DNA of 64,000 nucleotides from Candidatus Latescibacterota bacterium (lineage in GTDB: Bacteria; Latescibacterota; UBA2968). The notes under the pieces were generated by a model, which made no database searches, was not told the origin of the DNA, and worked only from the letters and a program-made list of their open reading frames with translations. Below are positions 1 to 9,312 of the stretch, one piece after another (position 1 is the stretch's first letter; every line of letters begins with the position of its first letter). The translations under genes were made by a program, and so were the position numbers. Where the stretch lies: NCBI GenBank assembly GCA_965208125.1, contig OZ242320.1:3232001-3296000 (forward strand), read 5' to 3'.

Positions 1-286
1 GCGAGAGATTTAGCAAGATGATCGCCAGCAATCCGTATATGCCGATGTCGATCAAATCGTTTTCCAATCCCTGAGATGGGCCAGATAGGGTGCCGCCGAT
101 GGCCATGATCAATCCGAAGTAATATCCCGCCATGGCTACACCCAGTGCGACGTTGTCTTTTTCTACGAGTTCTTCTCGCACGCTGTAACTCGTTGTCGTC
201 AAGTCCTTGACCAATTTGCCGATCCAGAATAACACAAACGCGCTGATGAGGTAAATACCCGTTGCGATTAAGTCCTGTCCTATCAT
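1..286 (-). CDS. DUF350 (YjfL-like) inner membrane protein, 3' part runs off the window
   Basis: Not in ORF track; manual translation from ATG 286: MIGQDLIATGIYLISAFVLFWIGKLVKDLTTTSYSVREELVEKDNVALGVAMAGYYFGLIMAIGG... with the 'EELVEKDNVALG' pattern typical of DUF350; ATGA overlap with the stop of the upstream gene. Confidence 0.75.
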   Translation of the reverse strand, partial: MIGQDLIATGIYLISAFVLFWIGKLVKDLTTTSYSVREELVEKDNVALGVAMAGYYFGLIMAIGGTLSGPSQGLENDLIDIGIYGLLAIILLNLS

Positions 287-1014
287 TTTCCAAACCCTCC
301 AAAACTGCGGCTGCCAAATCCAGATCGGCTGCGACTCGTTGAACGCGAACTGCCAAATCCACTGCGGCTCTGGCTTGCGCGACTTTGCACTTTTTGTGTG
401 AATGATTGTCTCTTTTGCGCTATGTTTGCCTGGCGCCGCTGGAATGTCGTTGGTTTTTGTTTCTGGGTGACAGATCCCTGCGTGCCATATTCCCGATTGC
501 GTCCGTAATACGGACGCTGATCTCGGCGATAAGACCGATAATCGTCGTAATCGTAGCGACTCATGCCAAATCCGCCGCCCCAACCGAGCAAATGACTCAT
601 GAGCGCGTATTGGCCGTAGAATTCCCAGAACGATGTGCCCCCGCGATCCGTCCAACGCCCGTAGCTCGGATTGCCCACATAGTGGTATCCGGGAGGATGT
701 GGCGTGTTGTTGACGCCATCTTGCTCCGATTTGGCAACGAGCGCCATCCCCAAAAACGGTTCGTATTTTCGATAGATGGATTCCGATACTTCTATCCAGT
801 CCGATTGTACCTGTTTTTCGCCCTGGCTAATTAGATACCGGTGATAATACGTGGTGAAAAGAGAGCCTTCTTCACGCATGTCATCCAGTACAATCATATA
901 TGCCGGCGCCGAGGCCAGCGATTTTTGCATTTCAACGACGGGATCGCGTTCGCCGCCGCACCCGGATAATAACAGCAGGCCGATCAGCAAGACCGGCAGT
1001 CGTCCTCGTGTCAT
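283..1014 (-). CDS. Hypothetical lipoprotein with Tyr/Gly-rich core and Ser/Arg/Gly-rich tail
   Basis: Lipobox LLSG-C, RBS AGGAG, low-complexity SRSGFG tail; translationally coupled to the DUF350 gene. Confidence 0.75.
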   Translation of the reverse strand: MTRGRLPVLLIGLLLLSGCGGERDPVVEMQKSLASAPAYMIVLDDMREEGSLFTTYYHRYLISQGEKQVQSDWIEVSESIYRKYEPFLGMALVAKSEQDGVNNTPHPPGYHYVGNPSYGRWTDRGGTSFWEFYGQYALMSHLLGWGGGFGMSRYDYDDYRSYRRDQRPYYGRNREYGTQGSVTQKQKPTTFQRRQANIAQKRQSFTQKVQSRASQSRSGFGSSRSTSRSRSGFGSRSFGGFGK

Positions 1015-1066
1015 AATTTCCTCCTTTGTTTTATGTAAGATACCTCAATATCAGTTTTGTGCAATA

Positions 1067-2530
1067 CTATCTCGGGTCTTCGGGTAATTGTGAGAAGTCG
1101 AATTCGTTTACGGTATCAATGTCTGGCGCGAATGGGGGGATGGCGTGGGGGATATGGCTGTGCCCACAGCGTGCGATGAGTGCTCGGGCGCGTGTTTGTC
1201 GTTCTGCTTGTTGCAAGATGTCATCGGCAGACCAGCGTGCAAAGATTTTTTCGAGGCCCGATTGGATCACGTCTTGATACCGGGGATCATTGGATAGGTC
1301 GCGGCGTTCTTCGGGGTCTTCGTCGATGTTGAACAATTGGCAGGAGTCAAATTCGGAGTAGTAGTTCAATTTCCACGGTCCCGTGCGGAGCATGCACGCG
1401 GGCTGGTCGCCGAGCAAGCCGATGTATTCTGCAAAGACTTCATTGGGCCAGTCCGATGGTGGATCGCCTGTGAGGAATGGGGCGAAACTTTTTCCGGAGA
1501 CATCGGGCATGGGGTCAGCGCCTGCAATGTCCAGAGCCGTGGGGCCTGCGTCGATGAGGCTGACGATGGCATCTTCTGTGTGGTTTTCGCGAAGATGACC
1601 CGGCCATGAGCAGATCAAGGGAATGCCTACAGAGCCTTCGTAAAAGCTGCTTTTCCACCACATGCCGTGTTCGTGGGCCATGTCGCCGTGGTCTGAGGTG
1701 TAGATGATGACGGTATTGTCCGCATCGGAGGAGGATTGTACAGTGTCAATGATTTGACCGATGTATCGGTCGAGTTCGGTTGTCAGGCCGTAATACGCGG
1801 CTAACCCTCGGCGGTTCTGTTCTGGGGTTATGTCTTCAACGCCGCGTCTTTCGCGCCATTTTTTCATGGCTGGATGCAGGGCGTTTAAGTATTCGGGCGA
1901 TTCGGGCTCGAGCGGTGGGATTTGCGCCATGTAATACTCGAAGTCTTCTCTGCCGCAGATGAGGGGATTGTGGGGGTTGATGTAGCCTACGACGAGGGCA
2001 TAAGGTCTGTCGTCCTCTTGACGGTCGGCGATGAATTTGCAGGTTGTTTCGGTGACGGATTTGTCAAAGTAGCGATAGCCCGTTTCGCCATAGCCGGATA
2101 CCTGGACGCCGTATTTGGTCTGTCCCGTTGTGCGGTTGTATCCAGAGCCGAGAATTTCTGCGGATAGCCCGCCGCAGTCGGCGTGGATGCGTTTTTCAAA
2201 GCCGTGGAATTGGTCGGGGTTTCTAAAGTGCATGCGACCGCATAGTACGGCTTCGTATCCCGCTGCGCCAAATGCATGGGCGAATGTGGGGGTGTCAAAA
2301 GACAGGCTGCCGCTGTTGTCATAGACGCCCACGTCGCTGGGGTACTGCGCGGACATGAAGCCCGACCGCGAAGGCGCGCAGAGGGGATAGGGACAATACG
2401 CATTGCGAAACCGGACTCCACTGCGGGCGAGCGCGTCCAGGTTGGGCGTTTGCACAATGGGATTTCCCGCACATCCCATTGCATGGGGATTGTGCTGGTC
2501 GGAGATTATGAGGATTATGTTGGGAGTCAT
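1067..2530 (-). CDS. Sulfatase (choline-sulfatase-like, formylglycine-dependent)
   Basis: N-terminal IISDQH, CAPSR (CxPxR) motif, GRMHF, YTSDHGDM, WKSSFYEGSVGIPL. Confidence 0.92.
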   Translation of the reverse strand: MTPNIILIISDQHNPHAMGCAGNPIVQTPNLDALARSGVRFRNAYCPYPLCAPSRSGFMSAQYPSDVGVYDNSGSLSFDTPTFAHAFGAAGYEAVLCGRMHFRNPDQFHGFEKRIHADCGGLSAEILGSGYNRTTGQTKYGVQVSGYGETGYRYFDKSVTETTCKFIADRQEDDRPYALVVGYINPHNPLICGREDFEYYMAQIPPLEPESPEYLNALHPAMKKWRERRGVEDITPEQNRRGLAAYYGLTTELDRYIGQIIDTVQSSSDADNTVIIYTSDHGDMAHEHGMWWKSSFYEGSVGIPLICSWPGHLRENHTEDAIVSLIDAGPTALDIAGADPMPDVSGKSFAPFLTGDPPSDWPNEVFAEYIGLLGDQPACMLRTGPWKLNYYSEFDSCQLFNIDEDPEERRDLSNDPRYQDVIQSGLEKIFARWSADDILQQAERQTRARALIARCGHSHIPHAIPPFAPDIDTVNEFDFSQLPEDPR

Positions 2531-2691
2531 AAAATTAAGAATTAAGCATTAAGGAGCGGTGTACAACTGGCCGCCGTCCAGACCAGTTCATTGAGAATTG
2601 ATACATCTACATCCATGTAGAAGCGATCTCCGGTCTCGTATTCTTAGACCAGAAAATGGCCTCGCGCGTTCCAGACTGATCAATTCCGACC

Positions 2692-3399
2692 CTATTTTTT
2701 ATCATTCCCGTTATACAGTCCCTCTCCGCGCACGAGCAGGCGTTTGGGGTTGGGAATGTCCATGAGTTCATCGACGCTGTGATAGCCTACTGTCATGCTC
2801 ATGCGCGTGTCGTCGGTGTGGTTTTCGCCTGCGCCGTGGACGACCATGCTGTCGATTGCGAGCATTCCACCTGCGGGCATGGGGACGGGGAGTGCTTGAC
2901 CGAGGACATCGCTTGCCCAGTCTGCATCGTGAATAGATGTGGAGACGCCGGGGAAGTGATGCGATCCGGGTACAATGCGGGTGCATCCATTTTCGAGGGT
3001 GGTTTCTTCGAGGTAAAAGATGATGGTGTAGATGTTGCGCGTCCACTGTCTGACATCGCGATGAAGATACGCGCCTTTGTTGTCCTGTGCTGTGCGCAAG
3101 GTGGCGTGGTTGTGGCGGTTGGTGAGGATTTCGATGTTGGGTCCCAAAAGCGATTCGAGCGGGTCGAGTGCGAATGGATGCGTGACTGCTTCTCGGAAGA
3201 TCGGCGCGCGGTCCATAAGGGCAGAGATGCGCACGGCGTGGCCATCCTTATTGCGTACGATGGGTTCGACTTTGCGGTCAATGTCTTCCATGATAGCGGT
3301 CTTTAAATTTTCAACCATTTCTTCTGGCAAAGAGTCTGGGAAGCAGAGAAAACCGTTGTTTCGGAAGAGCTGGATTTGTCGCATGGTGAGTGAGGGCAT
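2692..3399 (-). CDS. Phytanoyl-CoA dioxygenase (PhyH) family Fe(II)/2OG oxygenase
   Basis: F..NGFL start, H-R-D iron motif, ENGC..VPGSH, distal HGAGEN..R. Confidence 0.9.
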   Translation of the reverse strand: MPSLTMRQIQLFRNNGFLCFPDSLPEEMVENLKTAIMEDIDRKVEPIVRNKDGHAVRISALMDRAPIFREAVTHPFALDPLESLLGPNIEILTNRHNHATLRTAQDNKGAYLHRDVRQWTRNIYTIIFYLEETTLENGCTRIVPGSHHFPGVSTSIHDADWASDVLGQALPVPMPAGGMLAIDSMVVHGAGENHTDDTRMSMTVGYHSVDELMDIPNPKRLLVRGEGLYNGNDKK

Positions 3400-3402
3400 G
3401 TG

Positions 3403-4152
3403 CTACTCCTGAACGGGAAGAGAATAGGGGTGTGGATGTCCCGTATAGACTTTTTCGCCGCGTACGAGAACTTTTTCAGGGTCGTCTTTGATCACATCGT
3501 GGGCGTCGTGGGCGCGATAGGCAACCGTCATGCTGCGGCGAGAATGATCGGAATGATTTGTGTCAGAGCCGTGATAACAGCAGTCGTTAAAGAGCAGTAC
3601 GCCACCGCGCGGCATGGGGATTGGCACTGCGCGGTAATAGTTGTCGCTGTCGTAAAAGTTGTCTCTTTGTTTCTGCGGTCGGCGCGGGTTGAGAAATGGC
3701 CGGTTGTGGCTGCCGGGCACGATGCGCACACAGCCGTTTTCAACGGTTGATTCTTCGAGGTAGATCAAGCCGGTGATGAGCGTGTGGTCATAGGGTTCTT
3801 CACCGGCGTGCCAGGGGACGGGATAAGATCCGGATGGGCGCACCATGACGTGGTTGTGTTTGTTGGTGAGTACTTCGATGTTTGGACCGATGATGCCTTC
3901 GAGGGCGTTGAGGATGATGGGGTGAGATGCGGCTTCAAAATAGACGGGGTCTCTCAAAAAAATTTTTGAGAGACGGCGAATATTTTTCGGTTCTCGCTCC
4001 ACCTTTTCTTCCCAAACAATGGGTTCGCGCATGTCTGCAATTTGCCGGGAGGTGACTTCATTTAGACGATCGACCAGGTCGCCGGGCAGGGTTTCGCGGA
4101 TTTTGTAAAATCCCGTGGTTTTGAAATACCAGAGGTCTTCTTCTGTGATCAT
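3403..4152 (-). CDS. PhyH-family Fe(II)/2OG enzyme with non-canonical H-A-G motif (candidate halogenase)
   Basis: FKTTGFY, ENGCVRIVPGSH, HGSDTN..RR; first iron motif reads WHAGEE rather than WHxD. Confidence 0.85.
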   Translation of the reverse strand: MITEEDLWYFKTTGFYKIRETLPGDLVDRLNEVTSRQIADMREPIVWEEKVEREPKNIRRLSKIFLRDPVYFEAASHPIILNALEGIIGPNIEVLTNKHNHVMVRPSGSYPVPWHAGEEPYDHTLITGLIYLEESTVENGCVRIVPGSHNRPFLNPRRPQKQRDNFYDSDNYYRAVPIPMPRGGVLLFNDCCYHGSDTNHSDHSRRSMTVAYRAHDAHDVIKDDPEKVLVRGEKVYTGHPHPYSLPVQE

Positions 4153-4170
4153 GTTTGGGATCTCCTTGTA

Positions 4171-5523
4171 TTATCTCGGGTCCATTACTCGCCCGACAAA
4201 CAGGGTGGTATTGGTCGCTATGTCCCGGATGAGGAAGATGAATGGCCGATCGATCGCGACTCTGGGGGGCATGGATGTTACGCCTACGGTCACGGTGGTG
4301 GCCGCTGCGGCTTCTGTGCCATTCTCATTGACCAGGACGAACGCCTTGTGAAAGGCGTCCGAAATGGACAGGTCTTTTCCTCCATCCATGCCGGAGAAGT
4401 CCGCTAATTGCGGGTTAAAGGCATCAGACATTCCCATCTTCTGGAGCATTGCACCCAGCTTGAATTGCGCTTCAAATTCGAATGAAGGCATTGTGAGTTC
4501 TATGCGCTCGAGTCTCAGGTCTTTCGAAACCTGACTGATGGGTTCGGCGTTTAGCGTATTTTCAAATGGGTCAAAAGTGCCTTTGTCGGGGAGCAGGATG
4601 ACCATGGATATTTCACTGCCGTCGTAGAGCAACTCAACGGCTTGATATCCCGTACCTCTCGCATAGCCAAATAACCCGGTCTGCCGCATCATGGGGACTT
4701 TGACGCTGTTGCCAGTGAGCAAGTGGAAGTCGCCTTCAGCAGTGGCTCTTTCGTCGAAAGGGTGGAGCCAGGCGGCGTTGAAGTAGATGGCATTGGTGAG
4801 GACTAAGCGGGTCAAATTGTCGATGGCACCGGAAGGTATCAGATCTTTGATTTTCTCCTCGGTCTGCTGGGCGACCCAGTCGTTGATTGTGACTCGCGAG
4901 TTCTCGGGTGCTTCGGTGAAGTTTGCGATTCTCATTCCAGCACCGTAATTTTCAGCGAGTTTGTCCAGAAAGTCCTGCAGGAAGTTATAGCCCTGTTGTC
5001 CCCAGATTGCATTGGTGATGTTCAATCGAAACCCCTTGCCATCTTGACCGCTGCTCCCTTCGCCGCGAGAGGCGAGTTGGAGATCGAGGGCGTTGAATGC
5101 GGGGTGCAACTTGTCCTGGGACAAGATGAAGTGTAGTGCGTTTGATATCTGGCGTTCGGTTTCGCCCCTGGCACCGGCATAGGTCATGGCAAGTGCCAGC
5201 GAGATGCTGTAAGGCGAATAGAATAGGTTTCCACTTTCTTCCTCACGCAATTTTTGATACAGGCCAAAGGCGAAGTCGTTGTTCCCGCGTACCAGGTCTG
5301 ATAGCTCTGAATCTGTCGCCAGAGGTACGGTTACCCGCGTCTTTTCTGATCGCACTTCATTTGATTGTGTTTCTTCTGTCGCAGCTGTCTCGTTTGGAGG
5401 GGGTGCCGTGGGAGAGGTCTCCGGTATTTTACCGCATCCGAGTAGTGAGATTGATAGTATTATAGCAGACAGGTTGGTGAAGAGGAAAAATCCCATTCTA
5501 TATGGCTTTTGTATCATTTTCAT
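4171..5523 (-). CDS. Serpin (serine protease inhibitor), lipoprotein
   Basis: Lipobox LLG-C; NLFYSPYSI, NAIYF, hinge ENGTEAAAAT, C-terminal DRPFIFLI..LFVGRV.DP. Confidence 0.95.
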   Translation of the reverse strand: MKMIQKPYRMGFFLFTNLSAIILSISLLGCGKIPETSPTAPPPNETAATEETQSNEVRSEKTRVTVPLATDSELSDLVRGNNDFAFGLYQKLREEESGNLFYSPYSISLALAMTYAGARGETERQISNALHFILSQDKLHPAFNALDLQLASRGEGSSGQDGKGFRLNITNAIWGQQGYNFLQDFLDKLAENYGAGMRIANFTEAPENSRVTINDWVAQQTEEKIKDLIPSGAIDNLTRLVLTNAIYFNAAWLHPFDERATAEGDFHLLTGNSVKVPMMRQTGLFGYARGTGYQAVELLYDGSEISMVILLPDKGTFDPFENTLNAEPISQVSKDLRLERIELTMPSFEFEAQFKLGAMLQKMGMSDAFNPQLADFSGMDGGKDLSISDAFHKAFVLVNENGTEAAAATTVTVGVTSMPPRVAIDRPFIFLIRDIATNTTLFVGRVMDPR

Positions 5524-5738
5524 TTTAGCCTCCTTGTCCCGGCTATCGTCTCAATAGATAGGTACAGAAAAATTATCTCAAATTACGGTTTAAATCAAGG
5601 TTTATTGTTCACAATGATCCGAGGTATCCATTTTTCCCAATCGGTATGCTCTCGTTTTTTCTATGAGTAACGAAAAAAATGTAGTATATTGAATTGATTA
5701 GAAGTTCTTTGTTTTTCATTTTGTGAAAGGATAGTTGT

Positions 5739-7574
5739 ATGCCCAACGCGCTGCTTGTATATCCAAAGAATCCGGTGACGTTCTGGAGCTTTGATGAGGC
5801 TTTGAGGTTGGTCGGAAAGAAGTCTGCTTTTCCGCCTTTGGGGTTGTTGACGATTGCCGGTATGATGCCCGAGCAATACAGTTTGCGCGTGGTGGATGTG
5901 AATGTGCATCCATTGACAGATGAAGATCTGGGTTGGGCAGATGTTGTGATTACATCGTCGATGATTATTCACTGGCATTCTCTCGAAGAGATTATTGCTC
6001 AGTGCAATGTCGCAGGCGTGCCTGTGCTCAATGGCGGTCCGTTGCCCACGCAGTATTGCGAAGATATTGAGGGAGATGCGGTTTTTTATCTGGGCGAGGC
6101 TGAAAATGGCTTTATGGATGTGGTCGAGCGATTGGTGGCCGAACCCTACCATGGGGGGCGAGAGTATATTGATCGGCGAGGTGATTTTCAAAGCCTCTCA
6201 ACAACACCGCTTCCTCGCTGGGATCTGATCAATTTTGACGATTATACTGTGATGGTGATTCAGATTACGCGGGGTTGTCCCGAAAGTTGTACATTTTGCA
6301 ATATTCCCGCGCTTTATGGCAAGATAACGCGTTTGAAAAATAGCAGCCGCGTGATTCAAGAACTGGACGCGCTTTACGATAGAGGCTGGCGCGGTTCGGT
6401 TATGGCGGTTGATGACAATTTTGTTGGCAACCGCGAAGAGATTCGAGAAACACTGGAAGAAGAGGTGGTGCCCTGGCAAAGAGAGCGTGGATATCCTTTC
6501 CAGTTATTTACACAGGCCAGCATTCGCGTGAGTGATGATCCCGCGCTGTTAGAGGCTATGCACCTCGCTGGATTTGATAAAATTTTTGCGGGGATTGAAT
6601 CGCCAGTGGAAGAGAGCCTGAAGTTTATGGGCGCGCAAAAGAATTTGCAGGGCGATACGCCTTTGCTGGAAAAAGTGAAGATTCTGCAAGACTATGGCAT
6701 GGAAGTTCAGGCTGGCTTTATCATGGGATTGGATACAGATCCAGATGATATTGCCGATCGCATGATTGCGTTTATCAGAGAAGCGGGTATTCCGGTGGCT
6801 ATGGTGGGGGTTTTGGGTGTGCTGCGCGATACACCCGATTACAAGCGCTACAAGCGGTTGGGTCGCCTGCGTGAAGATGTAAAATATACGGGTGATTCGG
6901 GTATTTTCAGTCGGGAGTTGAGTTATGTGCCCCTCATTGATCCCGATGAACTGCTGGCGCGTCATCGCAAGGTCGTGGAAACGCTGAACAGCCCAGAGAT
7001 TTTCTTTGAACGCTGCCGCACGCACTATGCACACCGCGCGCGCAGGCCGATTCCGTCAATGCCAATTGGTTGGACGGAACTCAGGGCTGGTCTTCGCTCT
7101 TTTTGGCATCAGGGTGTGGTGGGAACTTATCGGTGGACGTTCTGGAAATTTATGGCCCATATGCTCGTACACCATCCCCGAGATTTTGGCGATGGCATAC
7201 GCATGTCCATTCATGGCCGTCATTTGATCCTCACCACGCGCGACGCTCTGCAGGTTGATGATGTGCAGACATTTTTGGATGAGGCGCTGGATCACCTGAA
7301 GCGATTTAGCGAGGGATATAAAGAGGTGAGTGTCGGTGATTACGCGAGCAAGTTGATGCATGCCCTGCACGGGCGGTTTGATCATTTTCAGGACGATTAT
7401 CGCACTTTGCAACACAACGCCGAGGTGATGTTGAAGGCGGCTCAGGAATACTGCGGATTGATTCGCAAGGAATTTCGCCATCAGGTTGCAGAACCGCTCG
7501 AGCGTTTTCAACAAGAGATTGAAGCAATTCTCGAATCATATCCCACACAAAGCAGTTTACAGCCTGCGCGGTAG
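5739..7574 (+). CDS. B12-binding radical SAM protein (DUF4070-type C-terminus)
   Basis: PPLGLLTIA cobalamin-binding start, RGCPESCTFC (CxxxCxxC), DDNF, GIES, GFIMGLD. Confidence 0.9.
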   Translation: MPNALLVYPKNPVTFWSFDEALRLVGKKSAFPPLGLLTIAGMMPEQYSLRVVDVNVHPLTDEDLGWADVVITSSMIIHWHSLEEIIAQCNVAGVPVLNGGPLPTQYCEDIEGDAVFYLGEAENGFMDVVERLVAEPYHGGREYIDRRGDFQSLSTTPLPRWDLINFDDYTVMVIQITRGCPESCTFCNIPALYGKITRLKNSSRVIQELDALYDRGWRGSVMAVDDNFVGNREEIRETLEEEVVPWQRERGYPFQLFTQASIRVSDDPALLEAMHLAGFDKIFAGIESPVEESLKFMGAQKNLQGDTPLLEKVKILQDYGMEVQAGFIMGLDTDPDDIADRMIAFIREAGIPVAMVGVLGVLRDTPDYKRYKRLGRLREDVKYTGDSGIFSRELSYVPLIDPDELLARHRKVVETLNSPEIFFERCRTHYAHRARRPIPSMPIGWTELRAGLRSFWHQGVVGTYRWTFWKFMAHMLVHHPRDFGDGIRMSIHGRHLILTTRDALQVDDVQTFLDEALDHLKRFSEGYKEVSVGDYASKLMHALHGRFDHFQDDYRTLQHNAEVMLKAAQEYCGLIRKEFRHQVAEPLERFQQEIEAILESYPTQSSLQPAR

Positions 7575-7593
7575 GGCGCGCTGCGAACAAAAC

Positions 7594-7628
7594 AAAAGCC
7601 CGGTATCATAAAAGATATCGGGCTTTTT
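7594..7628. terminator. Rho-independent terminator (bidirectional) after radical SAM gene
   Basis: AAAAGCCCGGTATC-ATAAAA-GATATCGGGCTTTTT hairpin between convergent genes. Confidence 0.75.
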
Positions 7629-7643
7629 ATTTTCTTCAAATAG

Positions 7644-7674
7644 GAAGCCGGAGACACTGTCTTCGGCTTCTTTT
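7644..7674. terminator. Second hairpin at the 3' end of trxA
   Basis: GAAGCCGGAGAC-ACT-GTCTTCGGCTTC-TTTT. Confidence 0.55.
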
Positions 7675-7999
7675 ATGCAAGTACGGCTTTGAGTTTGTCT
7701 TCTATCGCGCTTTTGGGGACAGCACCGATAAGCTGATCTGCCTGTTTGCCGTCCTTAAAGATGAGCAATGTGGGGATGCTGCGAATGCCAAATCCCTGTG
7801 CTGTCTGCTGGGCGTGATCTACATCGACTTTGCAGATTTTAACGCGACCGTCGTATTCACGAGCGAGTTCTTCAATGCTGGGGGCAATCATGCGACACGG
7901 ACCGCACCACGTTGCCCAAAAATCCACAAGCACCGGAAGATCGGAATCCACTACTTCTGTCTGGAAATTTTCATCTGTAACATTTAATGGGCTTCCCAC
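7673..7999 (-). CDS. trxA: Thioredoxin
   Basis: VLVDFWATWCGPC, SIPTL, 108 aa; GTG start with GGAG RBS. Confidence 0.95.
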   Translation of the reverse strand: MGSPLNVTDENFQTEVVDSDLPVLVDFWATWCGPCRMIAPSIEELAREYDGRVKICKVDVDHAQQTAQGFGIRSIPTLLIFKDGKQADQLIGAVPKSAIEDKLKAVLA

Positions 8000-8070
8000 T
8001 TCGAGACTCCTTTCAGGTTGGGTTTTGTTCTGATTAGAATGTGCTAAACTACCAGATTTTTATAGGGTTG

Positions 8071-9096
8071 TCAAGGGGCTGCACGGCAGATTCGGTAGGC
8101 CAGATGGGCGAGAATTTCGTGTGGTGTACCGCCGCTGGACTTGAGGCGATTGTCTGCATCGAGAAGGGCATCATGGGCATTCCAGAGTGCTCGTTCGTCA
8201 AATAAACGGGCCTGATCGAGGTAGTTGTTGAGAAAAAAAGCGGGTACTTTGAGGCGTGAAGCCATTGCATTTCTGGGTAGGCGCTGGCCCGATATCCATC
8301 GCGCGCGCAGCAGAATTCCAAAGTGACGAACGAGTAGTGCGATTGTGCCAGCGGGGTGTTCTCCCTGTTCGCGGAGCCGTCCAATAAGGATTTGCGCCTT
8401 GTCCAACTGGCGGTGTCCGAGTGCGTCGGCGAGTTCAAAAACCGTAACTCCCCGCGTGCTGTCGATTACCTGAGCGACGTCTTCGCGTGAGATTGGATTG
8501 GTTGGAATAGCGATAAAGAGTTTTTCGATTTCGCCGTTCAATTCGCGTAAATTTGATCCAATGCTCATGTGGAGCAGGTGAGCCGCGTCGGGCGCGATTT
8601 GCCCGCCCAGGGTTTTGACATGTGTCTGGATCCAGGCTGGAATTTCGTTGTCGTAGGGCGGGCGAAATTCGATTGTAATTGCGCGTTTTCTAAGTTCGGC
8701 AAATAGTTTTTTGCGACCATCGGGTTTGGTGGCTGTGATGATGATGGTCGTGGTTTCGGGTGGGGATTCGATGAGGGGCAAGAGTTCGGGGGTGGCTGAA
8801 TCGGGTAAACGGTCGGCGCTTTTGAGGATAATCAAGCGGCGTTGCGCCATCATTGGAAAGGTGAGTGCTTGTGAAATAACCTGTGGAATATCGATGTCTT
8901 CGGCGCGATAAATATCGAGATTGAAGGGGCGCGCTGCGGGTTCAATGAGGGTTTCAACGAGGGCGTTGAGAAGCTGATCGCGTTGAAAGTCTTCTTCCCC
9001 GTGGAAGTAGTAGAGGGATGAGATTTCGCCTTTTTTTACGGCATCGAGAATCTGAGCTGGCGATGGGCCAGTTTTGCGAGGGCGTCGAGTAGCCAT
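8071..9096 (-). CDS. holA: DNA polymerase III subunit delta
   Basis: YYFHGEE, FN..Y, T.PMM..RRLI, EIEKL, VFELADA, D..LKSS. Confidence 0.9.
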   Translation of the reverse strand: MATRRPRKTGPSPAQILDAVKKGEISSLYYFHGEEDFQRDQLLNALVETLIEPAARPFNLDIYRAEDIDIPQVISQALTFPMMAQRRLIILKSADRLPDSATPELLPLIESPPETTTIIITATKPDGRKKLFAELRKRAITIEFRPPYDNEIPAWIQTHVKTLGGQIAPDAAHLLHMSIGSNLRELNGEIEKLFIAIPTNPISREDVAQVIDSTRGVTVFELADALGHRQLDKAQILIGRLREQGEHPAGTIALLVRHFGILLRARWISGQRLPRNAMASRLKVPAFFLNNYLDQARLFDERALWNAHDALLDADNRLKSSGGTPHEILAHLAYRICRAAP

Positions 9097-9114
9097 CTGT
9101 GTTATCCGAGGAGT

Positions 9115-9300
9115 CTAAAGGTCTTTGAAGTCTGCGTCCTGGATTTGTGAATCGTCAATGTCGCGCAGGGGGTTTTTCTTAGATGATGTACGAGTGGTAG
9201 CGCGCATTAGTATGGCGCGGAATAGGCCACCGATAAAACGAAAAAATAAGACAAGGACAAGGGCAAAGAAAAATATACGAAGCAACATGGTTGTCTCCAT
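9115..9300 (-). CDS. Small single-pass membrane protein
   Basis: Hydrophobic N-terminus, C-terminal IQDADFKDL motif; in-line with the operon; true start may be the ATG at 9288. Confidence 0.65.
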   Translation of the reverse strand: METTMLLRIFFFALVLVLFFRFIGGLFRAILMRATTRTSSKKNPLRDIDDSQIQDADFKDL

Positions 9301-9312
9301 AGCCTTAATGGC

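Noticed and set aside
2533-2553. Heptamer repeat AATTAAG x3 upstream of the sulfatase
   Set aside because: Too short and AT-rich to separate from chance
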